Below, piece by piece: positions 36,870 to 47,484 of a DNA stretch of 64,000 bases. The notes beneath the pieces were generated by a model that saw only the letters and a list, made by a program, of their open reading frames with translations, was not told the DNA's origin and made no database searches. A program made the translations under genes and the position numbers. This DNA is from an uncultured Candidatus Rokubacteria bacterium. Lineage in GTDB: Bacteria; Methylomirabilota; Methylomirabilia; Rokubacteriales; CSP1-6. Each line of letters begins with the position of its first letter. Within the stretch, counting starts at the first letter, position 1. The stretch lies in NCBI GenBank assembly GCA_963754315.1, contig CAVWFS010000006.1, forward strand, positions 160,001 through 224,000. Direction: 5' to 3'.

Positions 36870-39800
36870 CCCGCAAGCTCTGCCTGCGCCCGCTCCCACC
36901 AGAAGGGCATGTCCATCTCGCGATACATCGCGTTGGCGGCGCTGAGGTGCGTGCGCGCCTGCTCGGGCTGACCGGCGCGTCGAGAAAGCACACCGAGGCT
37001 CAGGTGACAATGTGCGATGAGCGGCCGCATCTCGAGCTCGGTGGCCAGTGCCATCGCCCGCGTCGCGTGTGTCGCCGCCTCTTCACGCAAAGGTGGATGC
37101 TGCGCTGCGACCTCGCCGAGTAAGTACACAGCCCATGCTTCGTTCCCTCGCTCTCCGTGCCGCTGGGCGAATTCGAGCGCCCGGGTGACGTTTCGCTCGG
37201 CCTGCTCCGGGCTGACCGCGAGCTGGGCTTCGCCGAGCTGAATGAGAACCATGGCGTGCCCGTACAGGATCCGATTGGCCTCGCCTTCGGAGACGGCGCG
37301 CTCGAGCAGGGTGAGCCCATCCCCCGGCCGCCCCCTCATCGTGTAGACCGTGCCGAGGCTCGCGAGCACCCGCGGGTGGTAGATGGGGAAGCGACTCCGT
37401 TCCGACAGCGCCGCTGCTCGTTGCAGGAACGGCAGCGCCGGCTCGAAGCAGCCTCGCGTGCAGTGAATGCGGCCAAGCGTGTAGTACGCCCAGATTTGGG
37501 CCTGAGGATCCGCCGCCTTGTCGGCCAGCTGGATCGCGGATTCGGCCCAGGTTACGGCCTGGCCGAACTGCCCGATCGAAGCCAGACAAAGCGCCAGCCA
37601 CGTTCGCGTGCCGACCGGGGAAGCAAGGTACCCGGTCCGAACCGGGTGTTGGTCGGCGCCAGCTCGAGCGCCTCGACCGCGGCGCGCGCCCGCTCGATGC
37701 CCCGCTCATAGGCTCCGACCGCAAAGTACTCACGGGCCACACCCACGCTGGTCCAGATCTGAAGCGCGGGGTCGGAGGCGCGGGCGGCCAGGGAAAGCGC
37801 ACGCTCGCCTGCCTCGATCGAGCCATGGTGATCGGCCTCGGACCCGAGCAGATAGGCCAACCCGGTACACACACGAGCGACGCGGCGATCGTCGCCCAGG
37901 GCCGCGGCGAATTTCTCGGCGTCGCGATAGGCGGTCATGGCGCGATCGAGCAGCCCAGCAGCGTAGAGCGAGCGCGCGAGCTCGAAGTGCAGATCGGCAG
38001 CCTGCTCGCGGTGCTCGAGATCCTCGGGGAGCCGACGCAGGGCAGCCAGGGCCTGTTCGTAGGACGCCACGGCGTCCGGGTAGGCGATGCGCGTGGCCGC
38101 GGCCGTACCCGCGCGCCTGAAGAAGACCACCGCCTTGTCCCACAACTCAGCCCGCAACGCGTGGTAGGCGAGCTTGTCGATGTGCTCGTCGAGACGATCT
38201 GCGTGGAGCCGTTCGATCGCGCCCACCACCCGCGCGTGCAGTGCGCGGCGGCGCTCGTGGAGGAGGCTGCCGTAGGCCACGTCGTGGGTGAGCGCATGCT
38301 TGAAGCTGTACTCAAGGTCCGGGAACAGCATCGTCTCGTACAGAAATTCCGCGCTCTGCAGGTGAATCAGCCCGCGGCGCATGTCCTCCGGACCCGTCTC
38401 GGCCAGGGCCGCCAGCACCCGGAAGGGCACGTCCTTGCCGATGACGGCCGCTGACTGGAGCAGGCGCTTGTCCTCCGGCGGGAGCAGGTCGATGCGCGCC
38501 GCCAGCACTGCCTGCACGGTGGGCGGGACCTGGATCTCATCGGTGGGCTTCGCCAACCTGTACGCACTTCGCCGACCTTCGAGCACTCCCGTCTCGACCA
38601 GGGCGCGGACGCTTTCTTCCAGGAAGAACGGGTTACCCTCGGTCCGGTCGATCAGCAATGTCTTGAGCGGTACGAGGCTGGGGTCATCGCCCAACATGTC
38701 CTGCAAGAGCGCTTCCGACGTCTCCGGAGGCAACGGATCGAGGTGGAGCTGAGTGTAGTAGGTCTTGGTTCCCCACCCGTGCTGGTATTCCGGCCGGTAG
38801 TTGACGAGGAGCAGCACGTGGGCAGCCGGAAGGCTTTCGACCAAGCTGTCGAGCACGGCTTGAGCCTGGGTGTCGATCCAGTGCAGATCCTCGCAGACCA
38901 CGATCACCGGCTGCACATGGCTTTCGCGCAGCAGGAGGCGCTTGACCGCGTCCAGGGAGCGCTGACGGCGACGCAGGGGATCCAGACCCTGCCACGCCGG
39001 ATCCTCGACGGGGACGTCGAGGAGGGCGAGCAACGGCGCGAGCAGAGATTCAAGGGTCCGGTCGAGTGCGAGCAGCCTTCCGATGACCTTCTCCCGCGTC
39101 TTGCGCGCGTCGTCGGCCGTCTCGAGCTGGAAGTAGGCGCGGAGGAGGTCGAGGATCGGCAGGTAGGGGGTGGCCTTGCCGTAGGAGACGGCGCCGCTCT
39201 GCAGAACGAGGCAGCCCTGTGGGTAGTGAGAGTGCGTGAACTCCCAGATGAGCCTGGACTTTCCAACGCCGGCTTCGCCCACCGGCGCCACCACTTGGCC
39301 ATGTCCGGCGCGGGCTTGCTCGAGAGCGCGCGCGAGCACCTCGAGCTCCATCTGGCGGCCCACAAAGCGAGTGAGCCCGCGCAGAGCCGATGCCTCGAAG
39401 CGACGACGTGCCAGACCGCCCCCGGTCAGCTCGAACACCTCGACGGGGCCGGCCAGGCCTTTGATGGGGACCAGCCCCAGTGACTTCGCCTGTACATAGC
39501 CCTCGGCCAGGCGCAGCGTGTCCGCGGCCAGCAAGCTCGCGCCGGGACGAGCAAGCTGTTCTAAGCGTGCCGCCAGGTGTGTCGTCTGGCCCACGGCCGT
39601 GTAGTCCATGCGCAGGTCGCCGCCAATGGAGCCCACCACGACCTCGCCGGAATTGAGACCGATGCGAATCTGGACGTCGATGCCGCGCGTGCGGCGAAGC
39701 TCGGCGGCGTGGTGACCGACCGCTTCCTGCATGCGGAGGGCGGCATAACAGGCGCGAATGGCGTGGTCCTCGTGGGCGAGGGGCGCCCCGAAGAGCGACA

Positions 39801-40227
39801 TGATGCCGTCGCCCATCACCTGGTTGACCGTGCCTTCGTAGCGGTGGACCGCTTCCATCATCAGCTCGAGCACCGGCTCGAGGATCGTGTGCGCCTCCTC
39901 CGGATCACGGTCGGCAAGCATCTCCATCGAGCCCTTCATGTCCGCGAAGAGAATCGTCACCTGCTTGCGTTCACCCTCCAGGGCATCCTTGAGGGTGAGG
40001 ATACGTTCGGCCAGGTGCCGGGGCGTATAGGACTCCGGGGAGGCGAACTTCCCGCCAGCGTGAGGCGCAGGATCGGCTCCGACCGGGCGGCCGCACTCGT
40101 TGCAGAACTTGGCGCCGTCCGGAAGCTTGCTGGTGCACCCGGCGCAGACGAGGCTCAGCTTCGTGCCGCACTCGAGGCAAAATTTTGCCCCGGATCGGTT
40201 CTCGCGTCGGCACCGCGGACACTGCAT
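36827..40227 (-). CDS. Double zinc ribbon + class III nucleotide cyclase + AAA (STAND) ATPase + TPR protein; frameshifts near 37620 and 37385
   Basis: CPRC..FCLECG..CAGC..FCNECG; ERKQVTILFADMKGS, MGDGIM, RIGLNSG; Walker A GEAGVGKS, EDLHW, GNPFFLEE, FKHALT; helical TPR tail. Confidence 0.9.
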
Positions 40228-40273
40228 CGCTGGGGTCCCCGTCGACAATTCTACCTGTCTTCGATCGTCGACA

Positions 40274-40303
40274 TTGACCCGCTTTGCGCGGCACCCCTAG
40301 AAT
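40274..40303 (+). promoter_or_regulatory. Sigma70-type promoter for recA
   Basis: TTGACC (40274-40279), 18 nt, TAGAAT (40298-40303); SD AAGGAG before ATG 40353. Confidence 0.6.
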
Positions 40304-40352
40304 GGCGTCGACCTCCGATAGCAGTGAGGGCCATCGAGCGAAGGAGACGAGC

Positions 40353-41369
40353 ATGGCGGAGACCAAGAACGATCGACGACAGGCGCTGGACCTCGCGATT
40401 GCCCAGATCGAGCGGCAATTCGGCAAGGGCTCGGTCATGCGCCTTGGGGCTGGGGGGGCGCTGGAGGAGGTTGCGGTCATCCCGACAGGCGCGCTCTCTC
40501 TCGACGCCGCATTGGGCGTGGGCGGCCTCCCACGCGGGCGCGTGTGCGAGATCTACGGGCCGGAATCCTCGGGCAAGACCACCCTGGCCCTGCACGTGGT
40601 CGCGGAAGCCCAGCGTCTTGGGGGCATCGCCGCCTTCATCGATGCCGAGCACGCGCTCGATCCTATCTACGCCAAGAAGCTCGGCGTCAACACCGACGAG
40701 CTGCTGATCTCCCAGCCCGACACGGGCGAGCAGGCGCTGGAGATCACCGAGACCCTGGTGCGCTCGAATGCGGTCGACGTCATCGTGATCGACTCGGTAG
40801 CGGCCCTCGTGCCCCGTGCGGAACTCGACGGCGACATGGGCGACTCCCTGCCGGGTCTGCAGGCGCGCCTCATGTCGCAGGCGCTGCGCAAGCTGACGGC
40901 CGCCATCTCCCGCTCGGGGGCCGTGGTGATCTTCATCAACCAAATCCGCGAGAAGATCGGGGTTATGTTTGGATCGCCAGAAACGACGCCGGGCGGGCGC
41001 GCCCTCAAGTTCTACTCGTCGGTCCGGCTGGACATCCGGCGGATGGACGCCATCAAGCAGGGGACCGAGTCGGTGGGAGTGCACACCAAGGTCAAGGTGG
41101 TGAAGAACAAGCTGGCCCCGCCCTTCCGCGAGGCGGAGTTCGACGTGATCTACGGGGAGGGTATTTCCAAGGCGGGCACCGTTCTCGATGCGGGGGTGGA
41201 ACAGGGGCTCGTGGAGAAATCCGGCACCTGGTACACCTACAAGAACGACCGCATCGGCCAGGGGCGGGAAAACGCGAAGAAGTGGTTGCAGGAGAATGCA
41301 GGGGCCCTGTCCGAGCTGGAAGCAAAGGTTCGCGATGCGCTCGGACTGCGCCCGGCGGTGGCCAAGTAA
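40353..41369 (+). CDS. recA: Recombinase A
   Basis: [62 protein letters not shown]. Confidence 0.98.
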   Translation: MAETKNDRRQALDLAIAQIERQFGKGSVMRLGAGGALEEVAVIPTGALSLDAALGVGGLPRGRVCEIYGPESSGKTTLALHVVAEAQRLGGIAAFIDAEHALDPIYAKKLGVNTDELLISQPDTGEQALEITETLVRSNAVDVIVIDSVAALVPRAELDGDMGDSLPGLQARLMSQALRKLTAAISRSGAVVIFINQIREKIGVMFGSPETTPGGRALKFYSSVRLDIRRMDAIKQGTESVGVHTKVKVVKNKLAPPFREAEFDVIYGEGISKAGTVLDAGVEQGLVEKSGTWYTYKNDRIGQGRENAKKWLQENAGALSELEAKVRDALGLRPAVAK

Positions 41370-41421
41370 GCAACATGAGAGGCCCCGACGGAGCTCGGCT
41401 CGATGACACCGGGCGCCCGAA

Positions 41422-41933
41422 CTGGTTGCCTCGAACCGATCCACCATCGTAGATCGTAAGCAACTCGACGCTCGGGGCGCTCGGCTCGCCGCGGCTGATC
41501 TGCTTTCGCGGCGCGCGTGGACGCGCAGCGAGCTCTCGACGCGGCTCCGCCGCCGCGGCGCCCCCCCGAAGTTGCCGCGGAGGTGGTGGCCGACCTTACC
41601 GCGCGTGGTGATCTGGACGACGCTCGATTCGCTCGCCAGTGGATCGAGACGCGGTCGGCGCGCGGCTACGGACCGGCCCGTCTCGCAGCTGAATTGCGAG
41701 CGCGGGGTGTATCCGTGACGCTGGTGCGTGCCGCCCTCGCCAGCCGAGATCCTGACACCGAGCTCGAGCGGGCGCGCGAGGCGGCAGGCCGCCGCCTTCC
41801 GTCGCTCCGCCGTGTTCAGGCTGACCGCGCCGCCGCTCGTCTGCGCGATCATCTGCTGCGACGTGGCTTCGAGGCGGCCCTGGTCGCCCAGGTGGTCCGG
41901 GAACTGCTCGGCGCGGTTGCGCACGACGCGTGA
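41422..41933 (+). CDS. recX: Regulatory protein RecX; frameshift near 41570, start uncertain
   Basis: AADLLSRRAWTRSEL..RLRRRG, then LDDARFA, GPARLAAELRARGV, LLRRGF; directly follows recA. Confidence 0.85.
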
Positions 41934-42475
41934 TGGAGCTGACCTTGCCGCGCCTGCGCATCCGCGAGTGGCGACTCCCGGACTGGCACGCTGCCCACGA
42001 GTACGCATCGGATCCCGACGTGGTGCGCTACCTTGACTGGGGCCCGAATACCGAGATGGAGACGCGCGCCTTCATCCGGGAGACGATGCACACGCGCCGG
42101 AAGCGACCCCGGACACGGTTCGATCTGGCGGTGGCGCTGCGGAGTACCGATCGGGTCATCGGCGGCGCCCGGGTCTGGATCGAATGGACCCAGCATCGTG
42201 AAGGCTCGATCGGATACACCTTGGCCCAGGCCAACTGGGGCCAGGGGTACGCCACCGAAGTGGCGGCGGGCCTGCTACGCTTCGGGTTCGAGACACTCAG
42301 CCTGCATCGTATCCACGCCATCGTGGAGCCCGAGAACGTCGCCTCCACGCGGGTGCTGGAAAAGGTGGGGATGCGACGCGAGGGACATCTGCGCGACCAT
42401 CGGTACGCCAAGGGGCGCTGGCGCGACTCGCTGCTCTACGCCATCCTGGAGGGCGAAACCCGGATGCTACAATGA
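41930..42475 (+). CDS. GNAT N-acetyltransferase (RimJ/RimL type)
   Basis: RLRIRE, IGYTL..WGQGYATE, ENVASTRVLEKVGMRREGHLR. Confidence 0.9.
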   Translation: MMELTLPRLRIREWRLPDWHAAHEYASDPDVVRYLDWGPNTEMETRAFIRETMHTRRKRPRTRFDLAVALRSTDRVIGGARVWIEWTQHREGSIGYTLAQANWGQGYATEVAAGLLRFGFETLSLHRIHAIVEPENVASTRVLEKVGMRREGHLRDHRYAKGRWRDSLLYAILEGETRMLQ

Positions 42476-42482
42476 CTCTCAC

Positions 42483-45167
42483 ATGACCGGCCACGCCCTC
42501 CGTGAGGCTTTCCTGCAGTACTTCGAGCGCCAAGGGCACACCCGTGTCCCGTCGTCGCCCCTGGTGCCGGCGGGTGACCAGACCCTCCTCTTCACGAACG
42601 CGGGCATGGTGCAGTTCAAGGGGGTCTTCCTCGGTGAGGAGCGCCGCGACTACGTCCGGGCCACGACCAGTCAGAAATGCGTACGGGCCGGGGGCAAGCA
42701 CAACGATCTCGAGAACGTGGGGCGGACGGCGCGCCATCACACCTTCTTCGAGATGCTCGGCAACTTTTCCTTCGGCGACTACTTCAAGGCCGACGCCATC
42801 GCCTTTGCCTGGGAGTTCCTCACCAAGGATCTCGCCCTGGATCGCGCGCGTCTGAAGGCCACCGTGTTCACCGAAGACAACGACGCCTTCGATCTCTGGC
42901 GGCGAGTGGCAGGGCTCTCCGACGAGCGCATCCTGCGCCTCGGTGAGAAAGACAATTTCTGGGCCATGGGTGACACCGGGCCTTGTGGTCCCTGCTCCGA
43001 AGTCCATTTCCACCAGGGCGACGACTTGCCCTGCGCAGAGGAGGCGGCCGGCCGACCGTGCCTGGGGCCCGCCTGCGACTGCGATCGCTGGCTCGAGATC
43101 TGGAACCTGGTCTTCATGCAGTTCAACCGGGACCTTAGCGGGGCCATGACCCCACTGCCGCGGCCGTCGATCGACACCGGCATGGGGCTCGAGCGGATCG
43201 CCGCCGTCGTCCAGGGCAAGCGCGCCAGCTTCGACACCGATCTGCTGGCACCGCTCCTCACGCGCATCTCGCGACTCGTCGGGACGCCGTACGGGACACG
43301 CGAGGACGACGACGTGTCCATGCGCGTCATCGCGGACCACGCACGGACGACGGCCTTTCTGATCGGCGATGGCGTGGTCCCGTCCAACGAGTGGCGCGGC
43401 TATGTGCTCCGCCGCATCATGCGGCGCGCCATGCGTCATGGGCGAATGCTCGGTCTCACCGAGCCGTTCCTGTGGCGGTCGGTTGCCTGGGTTGGAGAGG
43501 TCATGGGGAGGGCCTATCCGGAGCTGGTGGCCGACCAGACGCGGATCGAGGAGATCGTCCGCCAAGAGGAGGAGCGGTTCGCGGAGACGCTGGACAACGG
43601 CTTGCGCCGCATCGAAGAGTGGGTGCGCGGACAGGGCCGCGCCCAACAGGAGCCGCGGGCAGTTGACGGACGGTTCCTCTTCACCTTGTACGACACGTAT
43701 GGGTTTCCGCGCGATCTGGCTGAGGAGATCCTGCGTGACCGAGGCTTTCTCGTCACGACCGCGACGGAGCAGGCCTGGGACGAGGAGATGGGGGCGCAGC
43801 GCGAGCGGGCGCGCGCCGGGGCCGCCTTCGGGATCGACGACCATGACCGCGAGGGCGGGGGAGTCTTCCAGCGCCTTGCCGACGAGCTGCCACCCGTGAC
43901 GTTCGTGGGCTACGAGACGCTGACCTCGCCTGCACGGATCCTGGCCATGGTGGCCGGAGTCGATCGAGTCCGCGAGACGGCGGCCGGGGCCGAAGTCGAG
44001 GTCATTCTCGATCGTACCCCCGCCTACGCCGAGTCGGGGGGCCAAGTCGGAGACACCGGAACCATCGTCGGTCGCGAGGGACGCGGCGAGATCGTCGATA
44101 CCTACTACCGGGGGCCGAAACTCATCGTGCATCGGGTGCGCGTTCGCGCCGGCGGGTTCCGGGAGGGCGAGGAGGTGGCGGTCAGCATCGAGTCGCCTCG
44201 CCGGCTGGGTCTGCGCCAGCATCACACCGGGACCCATCTCCTGCACGCGGCCCTCCGCCGCGTCCTCGGGTCCCACGTGGCGCAGGCCGGCTCGCTGGTG
44301 GCGCCCGATCACTTGCGTTTCGACTTCTCGCACGGCAGCGGCGTCAAGATGAGCGAGGTCGAGCAGGTCTCGGACCTGGTCAACGAGCAGGTTCAGGCCA
44401 ACGTCCCGGTCACCCATCAGGAAATGACGCTCAAGGAGGCGCTGGCTTCGGGCGCCATGGCCCTGTTCGGTGAGAAGTACGGGGACCGCGTGCGCGTGGT
44501 GAAAATCGGCGACTTTTCCACGGAGCTGTGTGGCGGTACTCACCTCGAGCAGACAGGGCAGCTTGGGTTTTTCAAGGTGACCGAAGAGGGTGCGGTAGCG
44601 GCCGGCGTGCGTCGTTTGGAGGCGGTGGCGGGCACGGCCGCGGCCGAAGTGGTGGCTCGCCAGGACCGCGTCCTGCGCGAGATCGGGGACGTTCTGAAGG
44701 TAGCTCCGGTCGAAGCGCCGGCGCGCCTGCGCAAGCTACTCGACGAGCAGCGCCTCCTGGAGAAGCAGATCCAGGCGCTCGAGGGCCGGCTGGCGCGGGC
44801 CAAGGTCGACGACCTCATCGCCGGTGCGCGCACGATCAACGGTGTGGCCGTGGTGGCGGGGCGTCTGGATGGTCTCGACACCGATACCCTGCGGGGCGTG
44901 GTCGACACAGTGCGTGACCGGCTTGGTTCGGGTGTGGTCTGCGTGGGAAGCACCGCGGACGGCAAGGTGAACATCGTCGCCGCCGTCACCAAAGATCTCA
45001 CCAAGCGCTTACAGGCGGGCAAGATCGTCCAGGAAGTGGCCAAGGTCGTGGACGGCGGTGGGGGCGGCCGACCGGACCTCGCTCAGGCTGGCGGCAAGGA
45101 TCCCACGAAGCTCGACCAGGCCCTGGACCTCGTCTACCAGATCGTCGGTCGAGCTGCCGCGTCCTGA
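42483..45167 (+). CDS. alaS: Alanine--tRNA ligase
   Basis: LLFTNAGMVQFK, RHHTFFEMLGNFSFGDYFK, IDTGMGLER, HTGTHLLH, ELCGGTH, GGGGGRPDLAQAGG. Confidence 0.98.
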   Translation: MTGHALREAFLQYFERQGHTRVPSSPLVPAGDQTLLFTNAGMVQFKGVFLGEERRDYVRATTSQKCVRAGGKHNDLENVGRTARHHTFFEMLGNFSFGDYFKADAIAFAWEFLTKDLALDRARLKATVFTEDNDAFDLWRRVAGLSDERILRLGEKDNFWAMGDTGPCGPCSEVHFHQGDDLPCAEEAAGRPCLGPACDCDRWLEIWNLVFMQFNRDLSGAMTPLPRPSIDTGMGLERIAAVVQGKRASFDTDLLAPLLTRISRLVGTPYGTREDDDVSMRVIADHARTTAFLIGDGVVPSNEWRGYVLRRIMRRAMRHGRMLGLTEPFLWRSVAWVGEVMGRAYPELVADQTRIEEIVRQEEERFAETLDNGLRRIEEWVRGQGRAQQEPRAVDGRFLFTLYDTYGFPRDLAEEILRDRGFLVTTATEQAWDEEMGAQRERARAGAAFGIDDHDREGGGVFQRLADELPPVTFVGYETLTSPARILAMVAGVDRVRETAAGAEVEVILDRTPAYAESGGQVGDTGTIVGREGRGEIVDTYYRGPKLIVHRVRVRAGGFREGEEVAVSIESPRRLGLRQHHTGTHLLHAALRRVLGSHVAQAGSLVAPDHLRFDFSHGSGVKMSEVEQVSDLVNEQVQANVPVTHQEMTLKEALASGAMALFGEKYGDRVRVVKIGDFSTELCGGTHLEQTGQLGFFKVTEEGAVAAGVRRLEAVAGTAAAEVVARQDRVLREIGDVLKVAPVEAPARLRKLLDEQRLLEKQIQALEGRLARAKVDDLIAGARTINGVAVVAGRLDGLDTDTLRGVVDTVRDRLGSGVVCVGSTADGKVNIVAAVTKDLTKRLQAGKIVQEVAKVVDGGGGGRPDLAQAGGKDPTKLDQALDLVYQIVGRAAAS

Positions 45168-45177
45168 GTCGGCGTCC

Positions 45178-46314
45178 GTGACGTCGAGCATCGACAAGAT
45201 CTGCCCGGCCACCCTATCGCTGTTGACGCGGGCCGACCCGGATGCGGCGGCCATCCTTCACTTGCTCGAGTTCGACGACGGCTGGCTTCGCCTCCATGCG
45301 GCCAGCGGGTTCCTGAAGCTCGAAGAGCTGCGCGAGCAGGTGCCCCTCAGCGAGACTCCGTTCGCCTCATTCTTCTCGGGAGTGGCCTCCGTGCGCACGC
45401 TCGCGCCGCAGGCTGGCCATGCCTTGTTCCGATCACCGGACGCCGCCGCGGCGATCCGCTACCTCGCCGGCGCACCAGTGGGCGGGGAAGACGGTGTCAG
45501 GGGGGTGCTCATACTGGCGCGGCGCACTGATCAGACACCTGATCACACCCAGCAGACCCTGCTGGAGGCGGTGGCCGCTCTTCTTGGAGCCGGGCTGGAG
45601 CGGGCGCGCCTGGCGGATCTGCTCGAACGCGCAAGAGGACAACTCATGGACGTCACCCGCCTCGCTGCCGTCGGCGAGCTCGTGCCCGGCGTCACCCATG
45701 AGGTGAACAATCCGCTCACGACCGTGCTGGGACACACGCAGCTACTCCTGATGCGGCCGGACCTTGCTGAGCACCTCCGCCAGCGGCTGGAGCTGGTGGC
45801 CAGCGAGGGGACCCGGGCGGCGCGCCTGGTCCAGAACCTCCTTGCCTTCTCTCGGCCCCGGCCTTCGGAGCGCCGGTCGTGCTCGCTGGCCGACCAGGCT
45901 CGACGCGTCCTCGAGCTGAAGGCCCACCAGCTGTACTACGACAGCGTTCGGGTGGTGACCGAGTTCGGGGACAGCCCAGCCGTGCACGCCGACGAGCGTG
46001 AGATGCAGCACGCCCTGCTGGCGCTCGTCCAGCGTGCGCACGAGGCCATGCGGGAACGGTCGGGGGAGCGTGTGCTGATCCTGCGCACGGGGGCGGGGGA
46101 CGGCCAGGCCTGGGTAGACGTGCTCGACACAGGGCCCGTCGTTGTTCCCGAGCTTCTTGGCCGGCTCGCCGATCCACTGGCAGCCTGCGCCGTTCGAGCG
46201 TCCGGACTGGCGCTCGCCCATCGCATAGTCTCTGACCACGGCGGCCGGCTCCAGGCTAGTCCTCGGCCCGAAGGCGGTATGACATTCTCTATCGTGCTCC
46301 CCGCCGGGAGGTAA
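45178..46314 (+). CDS. GAF-domain histidine kinase-like protein with a degenerate ATP-binding domain
   Basis: GAF-like 'LAGAPV..VRGVLIL', H-box VGELVPGVTHEVNNPL, altered N/G1/G2 boxes, terminal GGMTFSIVLP. Confidence 0.8.
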   Translation: MTSSIDKICPATLSLLTRADPDAAAILHLLEFDDGWLRLHAASGFLKLEELREQVPLSETPFASFFSGVASVRTLAPQAGHALFRSPDAAAAIRYLAGAPVGGEDGVRGVLILARRTDQTPDHTQQTLLEAVAALLGAGLERARLADLLERARGQLMDVTRLAAVGELVPGVTHEVNNPLTTVLGHTQLLLMRPDLAEHLRQRLELVASEGTRAARLVQNLLAFSRPRPSERRSCSLADQARRVLELKAHQLYYDSVRVVTEFGDSPAVHADEREMQHALLALVQRAHEAMRERSGERVLILRTGAGDGQAWVDVLDTGPVVVPELLGRLADPLAACAVRASGLALAHRIVSDHGGRLQASPRPEGGMTFSIVLPAGR

Positions 46315-47357
46315 TGCGCCCCAGACAGCTCGCCCTGCTCGCCGTGACCGTGGTCATTCTCTCGGGCGGGTGTTCCGGTGCCGGCGGGCCCAAGCCCGAC
46401 GCTCCCCCACATCACCGCGAGGGCGGCTTTGCGAACCAGAATCCTGGATACGTCAGGGCCGGCTTCTGGACACGCTGGTCGTTTTTTGCCTCGCGCGTTG
46501 TGGCCTCGACCTTCGCTCCGCGCCGGGCAAGCTTCCCGGTTGAAGCCAATGCCGTCACCGCGCTCACCGCGAACCCGGGGGAGCCGACGGTGACCTGGGT
46601 CGGCCACTCAACCCTTCTCGTGCGGCTCGACGGCGTCAACCTTCTGACTGATCCTCAGTGGTCGGAACGGGCCAGTCCGGTCGGCTTCGCCGGCCCCAGA
46701 CGCCTGGTGCCTCCCGGCATCCCCTTCGAGGCGCTGCCGCCAATCCACATCGTCGTCATCTCGCACGACCACTTCGATCACCTCGATCGGCCCACCGTCC
46801 AGCGGTTGGCGGCCACGCACCGGCCGCGCTTCTTCGTGCCACTGGGGATGAAGGCGTGGTTTCTCGAGAACGGGATCACCCAGGTGGACGAGCTCGACTG
46901 GTGGGAGAGCCGCGTGGAGCGTGGCCTGACCGTCACCTGCTTGCCGGTCCAGCACTGGAGCCAGCGCACCCCGTGGGACCTCAACCGTCGGCTGTGGGCC
47001 GGCTGGGCGGTAGCTGGCCAGAGTCGACGCTTCTTCTTCGCGGGCGATACCGCCTACTACGAGGGCTTCAAGGAGATCGGCGCGCGGCTCGGCCCCTTCG
47101 ACCTCGCGGCGGTGGCCATCGGCGCGTATCTCCCCCAGCGCGTGATGAAGTCAAGCCACACGACGCCGGAGGAATCGCTGCGTATCTTCGCCGACGTGAG
47201 AGGAACACGCTTCGTGGCCATCCATTGGGGCACGTTCGACCTCGGTGACGAGCCGGTCGACGAACCTCCGCGGCGGCTCATGGCGGCGGCCCATGGACTC
47301 GGGCTGAACGGCGACACGATCTGGGTGCTGAGGCACGGCGAGACGCGGCGCTGGTAG
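46314..47357 (+). CDS. Metallo-beta-lactamase-fold hydrolase (NAPE-PLD/RomA-like), putative lipoprotein
   Basis: Lipobox-like LSGGC, TWVGHST, LTDP, ISHDHFDHLD, QHWSQR, FAGDT, IHWGTF. Confidence 0.9.
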   Translation: MRPRQLALLAVTVVILSGGCSGAGGPKPDAPPHHREGGFANQNPGYVRAGFWTRWSFFASRVVASTFAPRRASFPVEANAVTALTANPGEPTVTWVGHSTLLVRLDGVNLLTDPQWSERASPVGFAGPRRLVPPGIPFEALPPIHIVVISHDHFDHLDRPTVQRLAATHRPRFFVPLGMKAWFLENGITQVDELDWWESRVERGLTVTCLPVQHWSQRTPWDLNRRLWAGWAVAGQSRRFFFAGDTAYYEGFKEIGARLGPFDLAAVAIGAYLPQRVMKSSHTTPEESLRIFADVRGTRFVAIHWGTFDLGDEPVDEPPRRLMAAAHGLGLNGDTIWVLRHGETRRW

Positions 47358-47484
47358 CGGACCGCGCCCCGAGGTAGGCCCGAGCGTCACGAGCGGCGTG
47401 CGAGCCCGACGACCGGGAGGCCGAGGGAGACGACGAGGCAGCGCCGCTCACGAGGGCAATCCAGCGCAGGGTCCGTTTGGTCGG

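Noticed and set aside
40241..40312. LexA/SOS box upstream of recA (three GTCGAC sites)
   Set aside because: No match to an SOS consensus I know, and GTCGAC is very common throughout this window
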